From Proteromonas lacertae (taxonomy: Eukaryota), in NCBI GenBank assembly GCA_002245135.1, contig NGBS01001163.1, positions 186,001 to 250,000 on the forward strand: a stretch of 64,000 nucleotides of DNA, given 5' to 3'. This document shows positions 1 through 14,004 of this stretch, in pieces. Numbering within the stretch: position 1 is the stretch's first letter; every line of letters begins with the position of its first letter. The translations under genes and the position numbers were made by a program. The notes beneath the pieces are model-generated. The model was not told the origin of the DNA, made no database searches, and worked only from the letters and a program-made list of their open reading frames with translations.

Positions 1-1210
1 ATATTATTTGTATATTACTCCATATTATCAAAAGGTATGATTATAATATATTATAATACATATATATGTTTATATTGTGTAGATTGTAGAGAGTTTATTA
101 AGCAAAGATAATAGTATTAAAGATTGTAGTGTTGAAATTGAAAATCTGTTGAGAATGTTGGATATTTGCCCTTTACAGTTTATTGGATATGTAATTTCTT
201 CAATACTATTATTGGCAAGTATTATTTAATTATACTTTATAAATATATAGATGAAAAAAGATATATATCATTTCTATTAAAGAATAGAATAATCAAAAGA
301 ATAAACAAGATATTTATCAAAATAATAGAATCAGATGATGAAGAGCAATATACAATATTAACCATTCAATTATTAGAATTGTTAATAAGATTATGCAAAT
401 CAAAGAAATTAGTTAAATATTTATCAATTGAAAAGAAAGATAGTATATCAGCTAAATCAATATCTAAGGTTTATTCAAGTGAAGATAATAATAGTAACAA
501 TGATGAAAGTAGTGGTATAGATTCTGATGTAGAGAGAAAAAAGATCAAAATAACCAATGCAGCAAAAGTAGAAGATACTTCGATTATAATATCTCATTTG
601 TTATGTAGTTCAGTATATATAAATAAATATAAAGAATATTGTTTTATATTAATATAATAGAATGAGATTATATTATACAATATATCAAAATTTATAAAAT
701 CTTATTATTTACTCTGTCTAAGAATTAATAAAACTATTAATTCATTTATATTATATCAATTATTATCAAAGAAATATAAAGTAATTATAGAAATAATACT
801 AGAAATTATAATGCTTTATTCATTTCATGAAGAATTATTTATTAATATATTCAGGCAAAACAAGTTTTTATTAGATGAAATATTAGATCAAATGTTGTGT
901 AATGATTCCATAAAGATATATGAATTGTTTATTTACGTATATTTTACAGTTGTATTTATTGTGAATAGATTTTTTATTCATTGTGTTGTTACAGATATCA
1001 ATTATTTAATGATAAATACGATAAGATAAGTATTATATTGGCAGAATATAATGGAGATAGCAGTATTGAAATTTATAAAATGTTGTTTCTATAGATGCAG
1101 TAAAGGAAGAGATAAGATTTATAAATAGTTATTTAGAGATGATCCAAAATGAAGCTGTTACATCTTCATTATATGTATTAAAGCAAAGTTTATTAATTAG
1201 TGATATTTAA
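1..1210 (+). CDS. 3' part of a multi-exon gene, helical/low-complexity protein of unknown function (truncated by window start)
   Basis: ORFs 166-657 and 811-1029 can be joined through GTAT..TAG introns into one frame ending ...LKQSLLISDI* at TAA 1208-1210; no family motif recognised. Confidence 0.55.
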
Positions 1211-1293
1211 TTATTATTTATGTGTTTATGGATGTTTTTTATGTTTTGATATGATCAAACTCTAAATCAAGCCTAAACTGTTATTTTTGAATT

Positions 1294-2627
1294 ATGTCAA
1301 AAACTAAAGATAATGTGGAGTTACCACCACTAAAAGATAAAACGTATTACTGCAATATATATACTTATAGAAGAGACAAAGGCATAGCAAAAGAATCTGC
1401 ATATAAATGGGAAATAGAAACACCTGAGTCATTAGTTTTAAAAGGACGAGAAGCTAGAGAACGAGGGTTATTACTAAATGCCATTCAATTTTATGATAAA
1501 GCAATAAGAAAAGATCCACTTAATTATTTACCACATTGGGAAGCAGCTCGTTGTAGAGTAACCCTGAAGAAATACATAGATGCTATACCAAATTGTAAGG
1601 CATTAATAGAATTAAAGAAAGAATGGTATATAGGATATGGTTTATATGGTCAATGTTGTTATAATTTAAACGATTTCCATGGTGCTTATTGGGCATTTAC
1701 TCGTGGTTTGAGATATGCACCTTCTAATGAGTATATGTTGAGAGGATTATCATTAACACAAGCAAATCTAAGACTAGAAAATGAAATAATGAAAATGCAA
1801 GATGAACAAAAAGATCATTATTTAGGAAAAGGTGATAAAAGAAAGACTGGTAGTCATTTTACAAGTATATCAGCTGATTGTGTATGTAATTTATTAACAT
1901 TAGCTTGTGATTACTGTACTAAATATGAAGAAGAATATATATTCTCAAATGATGATTATTTGTATAATAATTATATATTAATTTATAAATTTATTATAGT
2001 GATGGTGAGAGAGAAGGCCCAGTAGTTGCAGGTATATGGAATCTCTGTCCTTTACTATTTACCTCATTACCAGCCATAATAAAAAGATATGAAAATGGAT
2101 TATACGATTTTGAATTAAGGAAGCTAATGAATCAAGCAAGAAGATGGATTGATAATTATTTTGATGAAATAAAAGAAAATGATATAATCATAATGGATGT
2201 TGATGATACTGCAATCAGTTCTTTTCCTGAGATGAAGAAAAGAGATTTTAATAATATTCCACCATTAGATTTAATATGGACTTTGAGAAAGAAAGCTCCA
2301 GCAGTAAATGAAATATTGAAGTTTTATAAGTATGTAAGAGAAAGAAATATTGGCGTAGTGTTTTTATCTGAAAGAGTTAATCAAGCAAAAGAAAATACTG
2401 AAGAAAATCTGAGAGAAGTTGGTTATAATGATTTTATTGATTTAATTGTACATGATGAAAGTAATACATTTGAAGAACCACAGGTGTTTAAAGAGAATCA
2501 ACGTAGAATGATGATAGAATTAGGATATAATATAATTATGACGATAGGTGACCAGGATTGTGATATTGATGGAGAATATGCAGGTGCTAAAATTAAAGTA
2601 CCTAATGGATTGTATATAATAGAGTAG
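1294..2627 (+). CDS. TPR-repeat protein fused to a HAD class IIIB (class B-like) acid phosphatase
   Basis: N-terminal TPRs (AIQFYDKAIRKDP, GAYWAFTRGLRYAP); intron 1962-1999 joins in frame to DVDDT motif I, FLSER, IGDQDCDIDG and KVPNGLY. Confidence 0.8.
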
Positions 2628-2704
2628 TGTAATATTTATTGATTATTTATTATATTTATATTCGTTTTATAAGCTTGAAAGAAGCTTGAAATTTGAAAAT
2701 AAAA

Positions 2705-3328
2705 ATGAGAGCTGAGGATGAATACAGTGGTAAGAAAGCTAATAACATATATTTTTATTTTGTGATTGCTATATTGATTTTCATGTTAACAGATCTAATA
2801 ATAAACAGCAGTATTGATTTTGATGATTATTCAAACAGTGGTGTATGTAAAGATCCAGCATGCTTGGCTATGAGAATAATCTTATTGGCGTATATATTAT
2901 TTAGTATTTATAGTTTTAGAGTTCAATGTGTTTGTATAATGTTATGTTTAACTTGTATATTCTTCATTATGTGTCAAACATATTTATATAAAGTTGGAAT
3001 GCTTGGTTACTTATTTAGACAAATTCCAAATATTATCTATCCCACTGTTATTTATTTACTATTAACAGCCATATTGGGAGTATTAAGAATTGTATATTAT
3101 TTTATTATTAATTCATTATTATGATGAAAATAGTTAAGAGCAGCGAAGAAAAGACCTTTAATCACTTTCTGGGATACACCTATTTTCACAGTAGCATTTA
3201 TATTGCAGAAGTTATGTTGTCCAATTTTTGATATTATCTATATAAAAGCAGCACTTATTCTTGGAGATCCAAAGTTCTATAACAAAGATGAATGGATTAA
3301 TTTATTTGGGAACAATCTTCCAAGGTAG
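2705..3328 (+). CDS. TMEM138: Transmembrane protein 138 homolog (ciliary membrane trafficking)
   Basis: Introns 2890-2919 and 3092-3133; hydrophobic helices, TYLYKVGMLGYL, FILQKL and C-terminal LGDPKFYNKDEW matching the family LGDPxFY..W motif. Confidence 0.8.
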
Positions 3329-3534
3329 TATATACTAATTTTGTGATAGTTATCTTGATTATACTTTTAATTTATCTATTTTTGTTTGTTTGTGATTATT
3401 CTCATCTATAAACAATATTATATCATATGTAATTGTGAAATAAACTTAACAAAACATTTTTAATACACTTTCAACAATACACTCAGTTTTAAACTAAAAA
3501 ACGACATAATTTGTTTCTGATAAAAATCTATGAG

Positions 3535-4495
3535 ATGTTGATAAATTATGTACATAACAGTGGTGTAAAGGGAGGAAGAGTAGTTCATAAGCGCAAGGTA
3601 AAGAAAGAAAGATCACACCCTGCGTTTGGTATAGATAAAGAGTTAATGTCTTCTTTAAAACCTGAACCATATAAAGTTCACGATGACATTAAACCTAAAA
3701 ACCAATCCAAATCATGCCCGTACCTTTATCATCATCTATCTGCTGATTATTTGAGATTTTATGAAAAGCCAAGGTATATAAACCAGTCTCCAACAGAGCG
3801 TGTTGAATGTAGCGTATATCCAAATACTGGTAAGTCTTCTGTTAGACCTTCTCCTGGAATTACTCCTTTTTCTTCTATTCACGATCCACCTTCTAATATT
3901 GAGAAAGTTCTCTACAAATATGATAAAAAATTAAAGCGAGAAAGTATTTTTTCAATTCCAGATGATTCAAAATGTAAAGATTTATCTTTTCCTCGAATAA
4001 CAAGACTTGCCTGTCCAAGTAATGAAAAAGAAAGATCCAAATCACCAGTAATTGGTTTAGATAAAACAATGCAACATCATTATAAAGATTGTAACCCATC
4101 TATGTATAGTTTTATTTTTAATTTATTTGTTTATTAGTTCTACTGAATTTAGTCCTTTATCTACAGGTAGAAGTCATAGTAGTAGTACTGCTAGTAGTGA
4201 TAGTGAAGGATCTGTTATAAAAATGACAATGGATGATGTATTAAACGACTTAAAAGTAATGCATTCTACAAATACTGTTGTTCCTTGTTCCATTCCAAGT
4301 AAAAAGGAGAAAGAGAAGATGAGATGGGTTAAATATTATGTACCTCCTCCTAAACATCCTAAACAATTCCCACCTCCTAAGAAAGGATCAGATTGTTCAA
4401 AATTTGGATTGAAAGGTGCCAAAGCGTTTAGACCGAATGTTACAAGGATTAAAACTGAAGGACCGTTAGTAGCCATAGCAGTAGACTTACCGTAA
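3535..4495 (+). CDS. Hypothetical Pro/Ser/Lys-rich protein
   Basis: ORFs 3511-4137 and 4127-4495 joined by intron 4104-4137; start codon uncertain. Confidence 0.6.
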
Positions 4496-4586
4496 TTTAA
4501 TAAATTAATGTATATTATGTAAAAATTCTTTTTGTTAAACAAAGGTTTGAATTATGGTTTGATTCTCATTTTTTGAATTTTTAAAA

Positions 4587-6553
4587 ATGGATTTTTTTAT
4601 TGGACAACGTGTTGCAGATAAAGAAAATGTTGAAATTAGAGGTACTGTAAGGTACCTTGGTCCTGTTTGCATATCAAAGAATCAAGACCAATCATTCGTT
4701 GGTGTTGAGTGGGATCTAGAAGGAAGAGGAAAGTATGATGGTTCAGTTACTGATTCTGATGGAAATGTGATAAGATATTTTACATGCGGTAAGAAAATGG
4801 GTTCATTTGTCAAACCAAAGATGTTAGAAACTGGAAAGACATTGATTCAAGCATTACAAGACAGATACTCTCAAGAGTATGATGATGTAATGGGTGGGGT
4901 AGATGAAGATATGTTTGTAGAGACTGAGAGAGGTAACTCAGTGGATGTAAAACTAGTAGGTGGTAAAAAGATAATGTATGATTAAATGAATGATATAATT
5001 GTCTAGGAAATATCAAAAATTAGATCAAATTGTGGTAGCTTCAACTCCCAATGAGTGTGTGAGTGAAGTTGGTGATGAAAATGTATTAGCTGTAATGGCC
5101 AAGAATCTTCAAAGAGTAGATATTCATGAAAATCTGATTTGCAGTATAAAAATATATTTATTTTTTATATTGTTATATATGTGTTTATAGAATGGAATGA
5201 TGTATTTAAAATTGGTCATGCCTTACCAAAATTGACATTTTTGCAATTAGATTATAACTATCTATTACCTTTAACTGAATCAGCCTTACCAACTTCATCA
5301 TCATCAACAACAATAACAACTGAATCAAATATTCCACCAGCTCCTTCTACAACTGAAAATGATGAAAATAATAATTCAAATACATTACCTATGAAATCAA
5401 TAATGGAAAATGCCTTTAATCACTTAACTGTATTAATATATAAATATACACATTATACAATTATAATAATATAAATAGGATTTAATATTATCATATACCA
5501 AAGTATTATGGTGTGATATAGTAACAATTTCTCCTTATTTACCAAAATTAATGGAATTATATTTAGTAGGAAATCATATAAAAGAATTATCTCCTGGAAT
5601 CCCTGAAGGCGTATTTAGTCATTTACGAGTATTTGACTTATGTCATAATGATATTGATAAATGGAATAATTTCAATGAAATTATCAAATTACCAAAATTA
5701 GAAGTATTATTATTTGGATATAATCCATTAGGAGATATAAATGAGTATATTATTATTATTATTATTATATAGAGAATTACCAATATTTTCAACAGTAGAA
5801 ATAGTCAATTGTCATAACAGTAATATAAGTAATTGGAATACAATTCAAGAACTAGTTAAAATATTCCCCAAATTAAGAACTTTACGTTTACAAGAAACTC
5901 CTTTAACCAAAGATTTAGGTCCAGATATATCTCGTAGAGAAATAATCGCTCGAATTCCAACATTAACTCGATTAAATGGAAGTGATATAAGATCTAAACA
6001 AAGAATTGATAGTGAAAGATATTATTTGCAGAGATGTATAACTGATATAATGGCAAAAAACAATTTTAAAGATTATAGTGAATGGGTAAATTCTTCAGTT
6101 GAATTTAAGAATAATGTGATAAAGAATTATCCTCGATATGATGAATTAGTAAAGATACATGGTGAACCAGTTCCATCTGGTGCTCAGAAATCGACAGTTC
6201 AAGAGATTTCAAAAATCAAAGTATCATTTGAAAGTCATATTGCCAGTAGTTGTACTCAAGAAAGAATAAGTAAAACTTTGCCATTATCAATGAAGATAAA
6301 AGATTTAATGATGTTGTTTAAGAGATTATATAAAGTAGATGAAAAAGATCAAAAATTATATTTTAAGAACAAAGATGAGATGATGTTAAGTCCAATGGAC
6401 GATGTGGAAAAGAATTTAGAATATTATGGAATGAGTGATGATGCAATGATAGTGATTGAAGGATATGACGAAGAATTAGAAAAGCAATTGGAAGAGAAGA
6501 AGAAATTGAATTTCCAGATGAATAAATGGGTAGATGATAATGAAGAGATATAG
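4587..6553 (+). CDS. TBCE: Tubulin-folding cofactor E (CAP-Gly, LRR, ubiquitin-like)
   Basis: CAP-Gly (RGTVRYLG..VGVEWD..GRGKYDG..GSFVKP), LRRs, RIDSERYYL, C-terminal UBL; four short introns restore one frame. Confidence 0.93.
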
Positions 6554-6715
6554 AATAATTGTTGTTCTTTAGCTGAGTAATTATATTCTATATTTTTTCT
6601 TTGTTTTATTAAATGTATTGGAATGAAACTCCACGATATATTATTCAAATAAGGAATATATACATTGTAGAAATTGAAATAATTAACCTTTTCTATTATG
6701 AACTCTATAAAACTG

Positions 6716-7027
6716 CTAATACACTTCAAATGAGAAATTTTTTCTGTTTTCTCTCTTTTTATCTATCAAATTCCACAAGTTCCCTTTTGGAAAATACTCT
6801 GTGTAAATATAACATTTACTTTTATTTTCAACTATTCTAAAGTCTTTCAGAATCACTATATTACGATCAATCAGCTCTTTCAAAATGTTAATTTCCTTTT
6901 CAACCTTTTCTTTAGATCCAGGAGTTATTTTAACCTCTTTTCTAGCTAGTTCCACTCCATTATGTTCAACTAAATACACTTTACCATAACTGCCTTCTCC
7001 AATTTTATGACTTTTTCTATCTTTCAT
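6716..7027 (-). pseudogene. Truncated NEK-like Ser/Thr kinase (N-lobe only)
   Basis: IGEGSYGKVYLV, ARKEV, EKEINILKEL, YIYTEYFPKGNL then stop; no intact HRD/DFG found downstream before TBCE 3' end. Confidence 0.6.
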
Positions 7028-7189
7028 TTTACATAACTTCTTACTTCTTAATATAATATCAAATTAAAAAAGAAAAGATTCAAGCCAAGATTCAAACCTT
7101 TATTATTTTTTTAGTGTTTTTATCGTTGTTTGATGCTTTATAGAATAATAGAATATATTTGGCTGAGAACATGATGAAATCTGTATAAT

Positions 7190-7645
7190 ATGAAGGGATG
7201 GATTAGATATTGTGAATCAAGATTTCGTAAATTAGTTGCATATTTAGGTGAAACTGGTTTATATGAAAAGATCCATTTATTTCCAGTTGAATATAAAAAT
7301 CCTGGTTTCGTATATTTTATATTTAAATCATATAAATAGTCAGATAACAATTCTATTTATTTCATTGGATTAGAAAGAAAAAATACTGAAGAAGATATTA
7401 AAATTTCATCTCATTTCAACAGTTTATATGATCTGATATATAAACATTATAGAGGAAGAAATAAAGACATGAAAATAAAGATAAAATATAGCGAAGCAAA
7501 GAGTTTGCCCTTGTATTTGAAATTGTATAATTCTAGACTACTTTCAAAAGATTCAGTATTATCAGCGATAAAAAGAAAATCATTGAATCAGTTAAGCCAA
7601 AAGGAAGTGAATGAAGATTTATGGAAGAGGATGAAAATAGAATAA
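7190..7645 (+). CDS. Stand-alone poly(A) polymerase C-terminal RNA-binding-domain-like protein (141 aa)
   Basis: Not in ORF track. Exons 7190-7309 and 7340-7645; GWIRYCESRFRKLV..IHLFP..SIYFIGL..DMKIKIKY..KSLP resembles the canonical PAP RNA-binding domain. Confidence 0.6.
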
Positions 7646-7774
7646 ATAACTATTTCAATATTTTTTTTTTATTTTCATTTTTATGTAAATTCATTTTTTT
7701 ACAGAATAACTATATTTATTATAGTTTTAATACAAACACATACAATAATATATAATAATACAATAAAATTGGAT

Positions 7775-9851
7775 TTATATTTCTACTGGTCGGATTAATT
7801 CTTTACCTTTCAACATATTGTAGACTTTCAAACATTTTTCTTTTATCGAATCAACTGAAAATCCAAATTTTTCATATAACACTTTAGCAGGTGCAGATGC
7901 TCCAAAATCAGTCATTCCAATGTGATAATGAGAATATCTTTCCCATCCAAAATGACCAGCAGCTTCAATACTCACAATAGGTATATTAGCAGGCAAAATC
8001 TCATTTCTGTATTCAATACTCTGTTCTTCGAATAAGCACATGGATGGCATTGAAACTACACGAATATTCAAATCATTCATCGCTTTAGCCGTATCAATAG
8101 CCAAACCAACTTCAGTACCTGTTGCAATTAAGATTAAATCAGGTTTGACATCTTCTTTGGTTTGATATACAGTATAACCTCCTTTCTTTACATTATCAAT
8201 ACTGCTATTATCTAATGTAATAACACTTTGTCTGGATAATACTAATAATGTTGGTTGATTATTTCTTTCTAAATAACATTTATATGCACCAATTGTTTCA
8301 TTTCCATCAGCTGGTCTAATTACTAGTAAATTAGGAATACTTCGAACTTGACATAATTGTTCAACTGGTTGATGAGTTGGACCATCTTCTCCTAGACCAA
8401 TAGAATCATGTGTAAATATATATAACACATGAAAGTGACTTATCGCAGATAATCTAATTGAAGGTAAACAATATTGCATAAAACTGAAGAAAGTGGAGCA
8501 GAAAGGTAATAAAGCACCATGTGAAGCAATTCCATTACATATTGCTGCCATTCCGTGTTCTCTTACACCAAAATGAATTAATCGACCATTAGGAGTATGT
8601 AGGCTAAAATCATGTAAGAATGCTGGAATGCAGGTGGATGATGTTAAATCAGCTGAACCTCCGAATATTTCAGGTATTACATCGATTAATGAATTTAACA
8701 CACTTCCACTTAATTGTCTTGTTGCTTTTTTTATTTCTTTTGTGAATGTGGGGAAATGACTATCCCATTTCTCTGGTAATTGCTTATTCATTCTTCTCAT
8801 CAAATCTGTATATTTCTTTGGATATTTTTCTTTGTATTGTTCTAACATTTCATTCCATTTTTGATGACTCTCTGATGCTCTTCTACCTGCATTCAAATAG
8901 TATTCTTTTACATCTTCGGGGATTTCAAACTGTTTGTCAGGATTCTCAATGTTTAAGGTAATTTTTGCATCTAACGCTGTATTAGGAGTTAAAGGATTAC
9001 CATGACATTCTGCTGTACCTGCACATTTTGTTCCTATACCTATAGTTGTATCGATTTTAATCAAAGTTGGAGCATCTTGTACTGATTGCGCAAATTTTAT
9101 TGCATTCTGAATACCTTTAGTATTATAATCGCCTTTAGAGATTTCTAACGTTGTCCAGTTCATAGCGTGAAATTTTGAAATTATATTCTCAGTAAAAGCA
9201 AGATCAACAGTACCATCAATTGATATGTTATTACTATCATATAATAAAATCAATTTACCTAAATGTTGAGTTCCAGCTAAAGAAATTGCTTCTTGAGCTA
9301 CACCTTCTTGTAGATCACCATCACCACAGATTACATATGTATAATGATCGATTATATTAAAACCAGGTTCATTAAATTCAGCAGCTAAATGTCTTTCAGC
9401 CATTGCCATTCCTACTCCATTTGCTATTCCTTGACCTAATGGACCTGTCACACATTCTATACCTGGAGTGGCTGTAACTTCAGGATGACCTGGAGTTCTA
9501 GAACCAAATTGACGAAATTGTTTTAAATCGTCAAGAGTTAAATCATATCCTGCTAAATGCAACATCGAATACTGTAAAGCACAAGCATGACCATTTGATA
9601 ACACGAATCTATCTCGATTCAACCATTTTGGGTCTTTTGCATCATATTTCATCTCTAAACTCCATAATGTATGAGCCATTGGAGCACAATCCATAGCAGC
9701 ACCTATTATTTCATTTATTTACTAACTTTATACCGATATGACCTGAATTAGCTTTCTCTACCATATCACATACTAACGTTCTGACAGTGTTTATGCACTA
9801 TTACATTGATTATATTATTTATACCTTAGTTTCAAATGCTTCGTCTGACAT
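7775..9851 (-). CDS. TKT: Transketolase
   Basis: DRFVLSNGHAC, TPGHPE, TGPLGQG, GDGDLQEG, THDSIGLGEDGPTHQPVE; two 5' introns extend the ORF to MSDEAFETK at 9851. Confidence 0.97.
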
Positions 9852-10296
9852 ATTTCTGAAAAATTCTTAAAGATTCTTTCAGTTTGTTATATCTTAGATA
9901 TTCTTTTTTCTTCTTTGAATTTCTATAGATTTAATCTAATCTACAAAATGTATCATTATATAAAATAATCATTTTGGTTGAGTATTTAGATGAGTATATA
10001 TTTGGTATCTGTACTTGTATAGTATTCTTTTATTTTTATTAATAGTATTTAGTCAATTAGAATTTACATCTTGGTTTTTAAAATATTAATTCTTTGTAAT
10101 TATAAAGAAAAAAGACTTTAAAAATATGAATCATCAAGCTTATTAATCAAGCCTCATTTTATTTTTATTGAAATAATCGTTCTATAAAAGAGAAATTGAT
10201 TTTTATAACACACAAAATACAACATATTATATATTTGCGTATAAAAAATATATAATGTTATATAAATTGCAAAGTAATTACTTTCTATTTGCTTTT

Positions 10297-11493
10297 TCAC
10301 TTAAAATAGCTTTCTTGGATTTTGTAATTGCGACAAAAAGGACAATGTTTTACAATTCTGTAAAAGTTGTCCTTCTTTACATACCTTAGAAAATGAGATA
10401 ATGGTCTAGCATGCTTCAGTCTATCACATTGATATAACACTTCACCATCATAATTAAGCATCTTACAAATATCATCATTTTCAAATATATCAGTCTTTAA
10501 TCTTGTCAAATCAACTAGATTATCTTTCAAACATTTCTTACAATAAAAACAACTTCCATCAACTATTAATATTTCCAAAATACTAACTACCTTTCTACAA
10601 CAACTACACTCTATTAAAGTATTCTTTAAAGTATTAAACTTTTCAATATCTTCCTTTGTTACTACAATATCATTACTTAAAATTAGTCCATTTGGATATT
10701 TACTTTCTATACATTGACATGATCTATTCTTCTTCATTTTTGGCTCTAATGTAGGTAAATTAGTATTTTCATGTTTGCGTTTCTTCATAATTTTATTTTC
10801 TACTTCTGGTAATGATGGTGGTTCTTGAATTAATTCACTAACTGTTGAACTGATTGCTTTATTTGCTTCAAATACTTCTTTTGCGTTTATTTCATTATAA
10901 TATTGCTTATCTGTGTGAATTGCATATGATTCACTTGCGTTTGCATTATTATAATTACTATTCCCAATATTATCATTGGTATAATAAGTACAACAACAAT
11001 TATTAGTTTCGTGTAATGAATAATTCTTTAATTCAGTAAAAGGATTAACATCACTTTCATAATTCATTTTTATCCTTAGATTCTCTTCATCATATTTTGA
11101 TTGTTCATGAAGTGCATCATAAAATAAAGCATAATCATCAAAAACTCTATCCATTTCATTGAAGCTTCCTTCATTATCTTCTAATGAAGGAGAAATATGA
11201 AGATCTTCTTCTTCATTTTGATTTTTTTCACAACAATTATGGAGATATGAAGAGTTATCATTGTTATTGCGGTGATTGTCATAATCACTTTTTTCTAAAT
11301 TACCTATTAAAAATATAACACTACCAACTGTAGTCTTACCATTTTCGTCATAACTGTCAGAATAAGTTATAATGTGTAATTTATTATTATTTGACAAAGA
11401 TGTTTCATTTAAGGAAGTAGTGACTTTTCCTTGTTCATATGAATGACATAAGTCATAGAAAATGTTTTTATTATCATTTGGGAAAGTTATCAT
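10297..11493 (-). CDS. Hypothetical intronless protein with Cys-rich C-terminus (possible zinc binding)
   Basis: 398-aa ORF; CSCC, CFYCKKC, QCDRLKH, HCPFCR; basic KKRK patch. Confidence 0.65.
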   Translation of the reverse strand: MITFPNDNKNIFYDLCHSYEQGKVTTSLNETSLSNNNKLHIITYSDSYDENGKTTVGSVIFLIGNLEKSDYDNHRNNNDNSSYLHNCCEKNQNEEEDLHISPSLEDNEGSFNEMDRVFDDYALFYDALHEQSKYDEENLRIKMNYESDVNPFTELKNYSLHETNNCCCTYYTNDNIGNSNYNNANASESYAIHTDKQYYNEINAKEVFEANKAISSTVSELIQEPPSLPEVENKIMKKRKHENTNLPTLEPKMKKNRSCQCIESKYPNGLILSNDIVVTKEDIEKFNTLKNTLIECSCCRKVVSILEILIVDGSCFYCKKCLKDNLVDLTRLKTDIFENDDICKMLNYDGEVLYQCDRLKHARPLSHFLRYVKKDNFYRIVKHCPFCRNYKIQESYFK

Positions 11494-11921
11494 TGCGTCT
11501 ACGTCTTAAAAGTTAAAAAAGAAATTCCAGAATTTATGACCATTTCAACCAATGAAATAGTCGAAAATTTGATCGTTTTATGAATAGATTTTACATACAG
11601 AAATTTCTAGAAAATTCTCAAATTTGTATTTATACTTCTTTTAAGAGTATCAACAAACTTATATCTAAATTATAGCAAACTGAATATATTCAGTATATTT
11701 CTATAACATTTTATTCTCAAACAATAAAAAACACTTTAACTATAATATTCTTGACTTATCAGATTATACTATGCTCATATTAACATACTTAAGCTAGAAA
11801 ATAATAACATTACTGCATTTACATTCATATATCAACAATTAAATCACATTTTAATTTTTGGGTTATTCAAAATTTTGATAAAAATCTAATTTCGTTATTT
11901 TTGTTTTATATTTACATAAAG

Positions 11922-14004
11922 ATGATAATAAAAGTGAATAAAAGCATAAGAGAAGAGGGGTATATTTTATATTTAATTTTATAATAGATTATGTCGAAAA
12001 TTGGTAGAAAGTGGTTTTGGTGATATAGAAGTGAAGATTAGAGATAATCGAATAATGTCAATCAAATCATTTCTAGTGAATGGAAATGAAACTGTAAAGA
12101 AACTGTTATTAGATCGTGAGTTTGTAGGAGTTTTGGAGTTATATGAAGAAATCGAAGAAATTGGCTATTATGAGATGGAGAAATACTACAGTGGTGGTGA
12201 ACTGATAATCAGTAAAGAGAGTGTGTGTGAAGTGTTGATGTTTTGTTTATGTTATTGTGAAAAAGAGATAATAAATGATTGTTATGAATTTGTGAAGAAT
12301 AATATAGATGAAGATGTGTTAATGAAATTAATTCATATCTGTAATGTATTTGGTGGATGTTTGAGAGAGATAGAAGACTTGAAAAATATGGAAATAGAAA
12401 AGCGAGGATATAAATATTTATATAAGAATGAATATTTGTTGAGATTAGAAATGAATAATTTGATCGAGATATTAAAAATGAAAGATGTGATAATCATGAA
12501 TGAGTTATGGTTATTAAATCGTTTATTGGAATGGTATAAATTCCAAAAGAATAAGAAAGATAATAAAGAGATACAAGATGATTTTAAACAATTGATAGAA
12601 GAAGATATCGATTGTGAAAAGATAAAAGAGAAAGAGATGAAAAAAGAGAATAAAGAAATGTTGAAAGAAATGAAAATAGAATTAAAGAAAAATGAATGTA
12701 AAAATCATATAGAAATATATTTAATAAAAGATGAGAGAATTCAAAATATAATAATCAACAATTACAATGAAGATAATGATGAAGAAGACTTTAAAGAAGA
12801 AGAAAGAAGAATATTGGATAAGATGAAAGAAGAAGAATTGAATGATGAAATAATATGTATATTAGAAATGAATAATATAAAAATGACCGAAATAGTATTG
12901 ATGATAATGAAATATAAGAATGTGAAGATGGAAAGTATAAATACTAAAAATATATTTAAATAGAATATATCTCAAATATCGAAAAGAGAACTATGTTTGA
13001 TAGATTATGTATAGAATATAATGAGAATAAAAGAAATCAAACAACGAAATGTTTATGTTTATTCATTGATGATAAAAAGAATATTTCAATAATAGAAGAA
13101 ATATGTGGAAAAGAGATTCTTTTTAGAATATTGAATGAAGATAATTATTTAAACTCCAAATCGAAAGAATTATTGATCGAATATATAAAAGAGAATAAAT
13201 TGAGTTTAGAAGAAGAAGAAGAAATGATTGTAATAATAAAAGATAAAGAATTATTGAATGAATTAAAAACAAAAGAAATCACATCATTTTCATATCCTCA
13301 ATCAGAATATTCATTTATATTAGTTGAAGAAATCTCGATAATTCCTTCTTTTGATGGAAATCGATGTGAATTTTCAATCAATCCTTCATTGCCAGATGGT
13401 TTAATGATAAATAAAGAAAGTGGAATAATTAATGGAAAAGTGAATAAAGTTATAAAAAAGAGAGAATATGAAATAATATGTAAGAATATTGTAAATGAAA
13501 AGAAATTTAAAATATCATTAGAAATTCGGATTAAATTCATAGAATTTAACAAAAGTGAAGGAATAACAATATCTAGAAAATTCAGATTATGGTTATTGTC
13601 ATTGTTATTTGAATTTGAAAATAGAAAATGGAGTTTATCATATCAAATATAAATTTCATCAAAATGGAAATAAATATGATATGATGTTAGGATTATCAAT
13701 TGATAATACATATTCTGGTGATGATATTCATAATCAATCAACAACATGTAATTATTGGGCATATGGTGGTAAAAGTCAAGATATTACTAGATATTGGCAT
13801 ATTGGAAGAGTTGTTAATAAAAATCCAAATTTCAATAATCATCGAAATGGTTCAATTTATGAAGTGATTGTTGATATGAATAAAAGAGAATTTTGGATAA
13901 GTCATAATAATTCATCTCCTGTTTTACTTGTTAAAGATTTACCTTCTCCATTATATCCATATGCTGTATTAAGTTATAATAAAACTTCCTGCGAATTACT
14001 TTAA
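11922..14004 (+). CDS. BTB/BACK-like + Ig-like (He_PIG type) + SPRY-like protein
   Basis: BTB/BACK-like N-terminus, FSINPSLPDGLMINKESGIING Ig motif, SPRY-like end (IYEVIVDMNKREFW..LPSPLYPYAVL); two clear introns plus an unexplained +1 break near 13575. Confidence 0.7.

Noticed and set aside
9690..9760. Transketolase SGHIGAAMD instead of SGHPGxPMG
   Set aside because: Catalytic His retained; ordinary divergence across an intron junction
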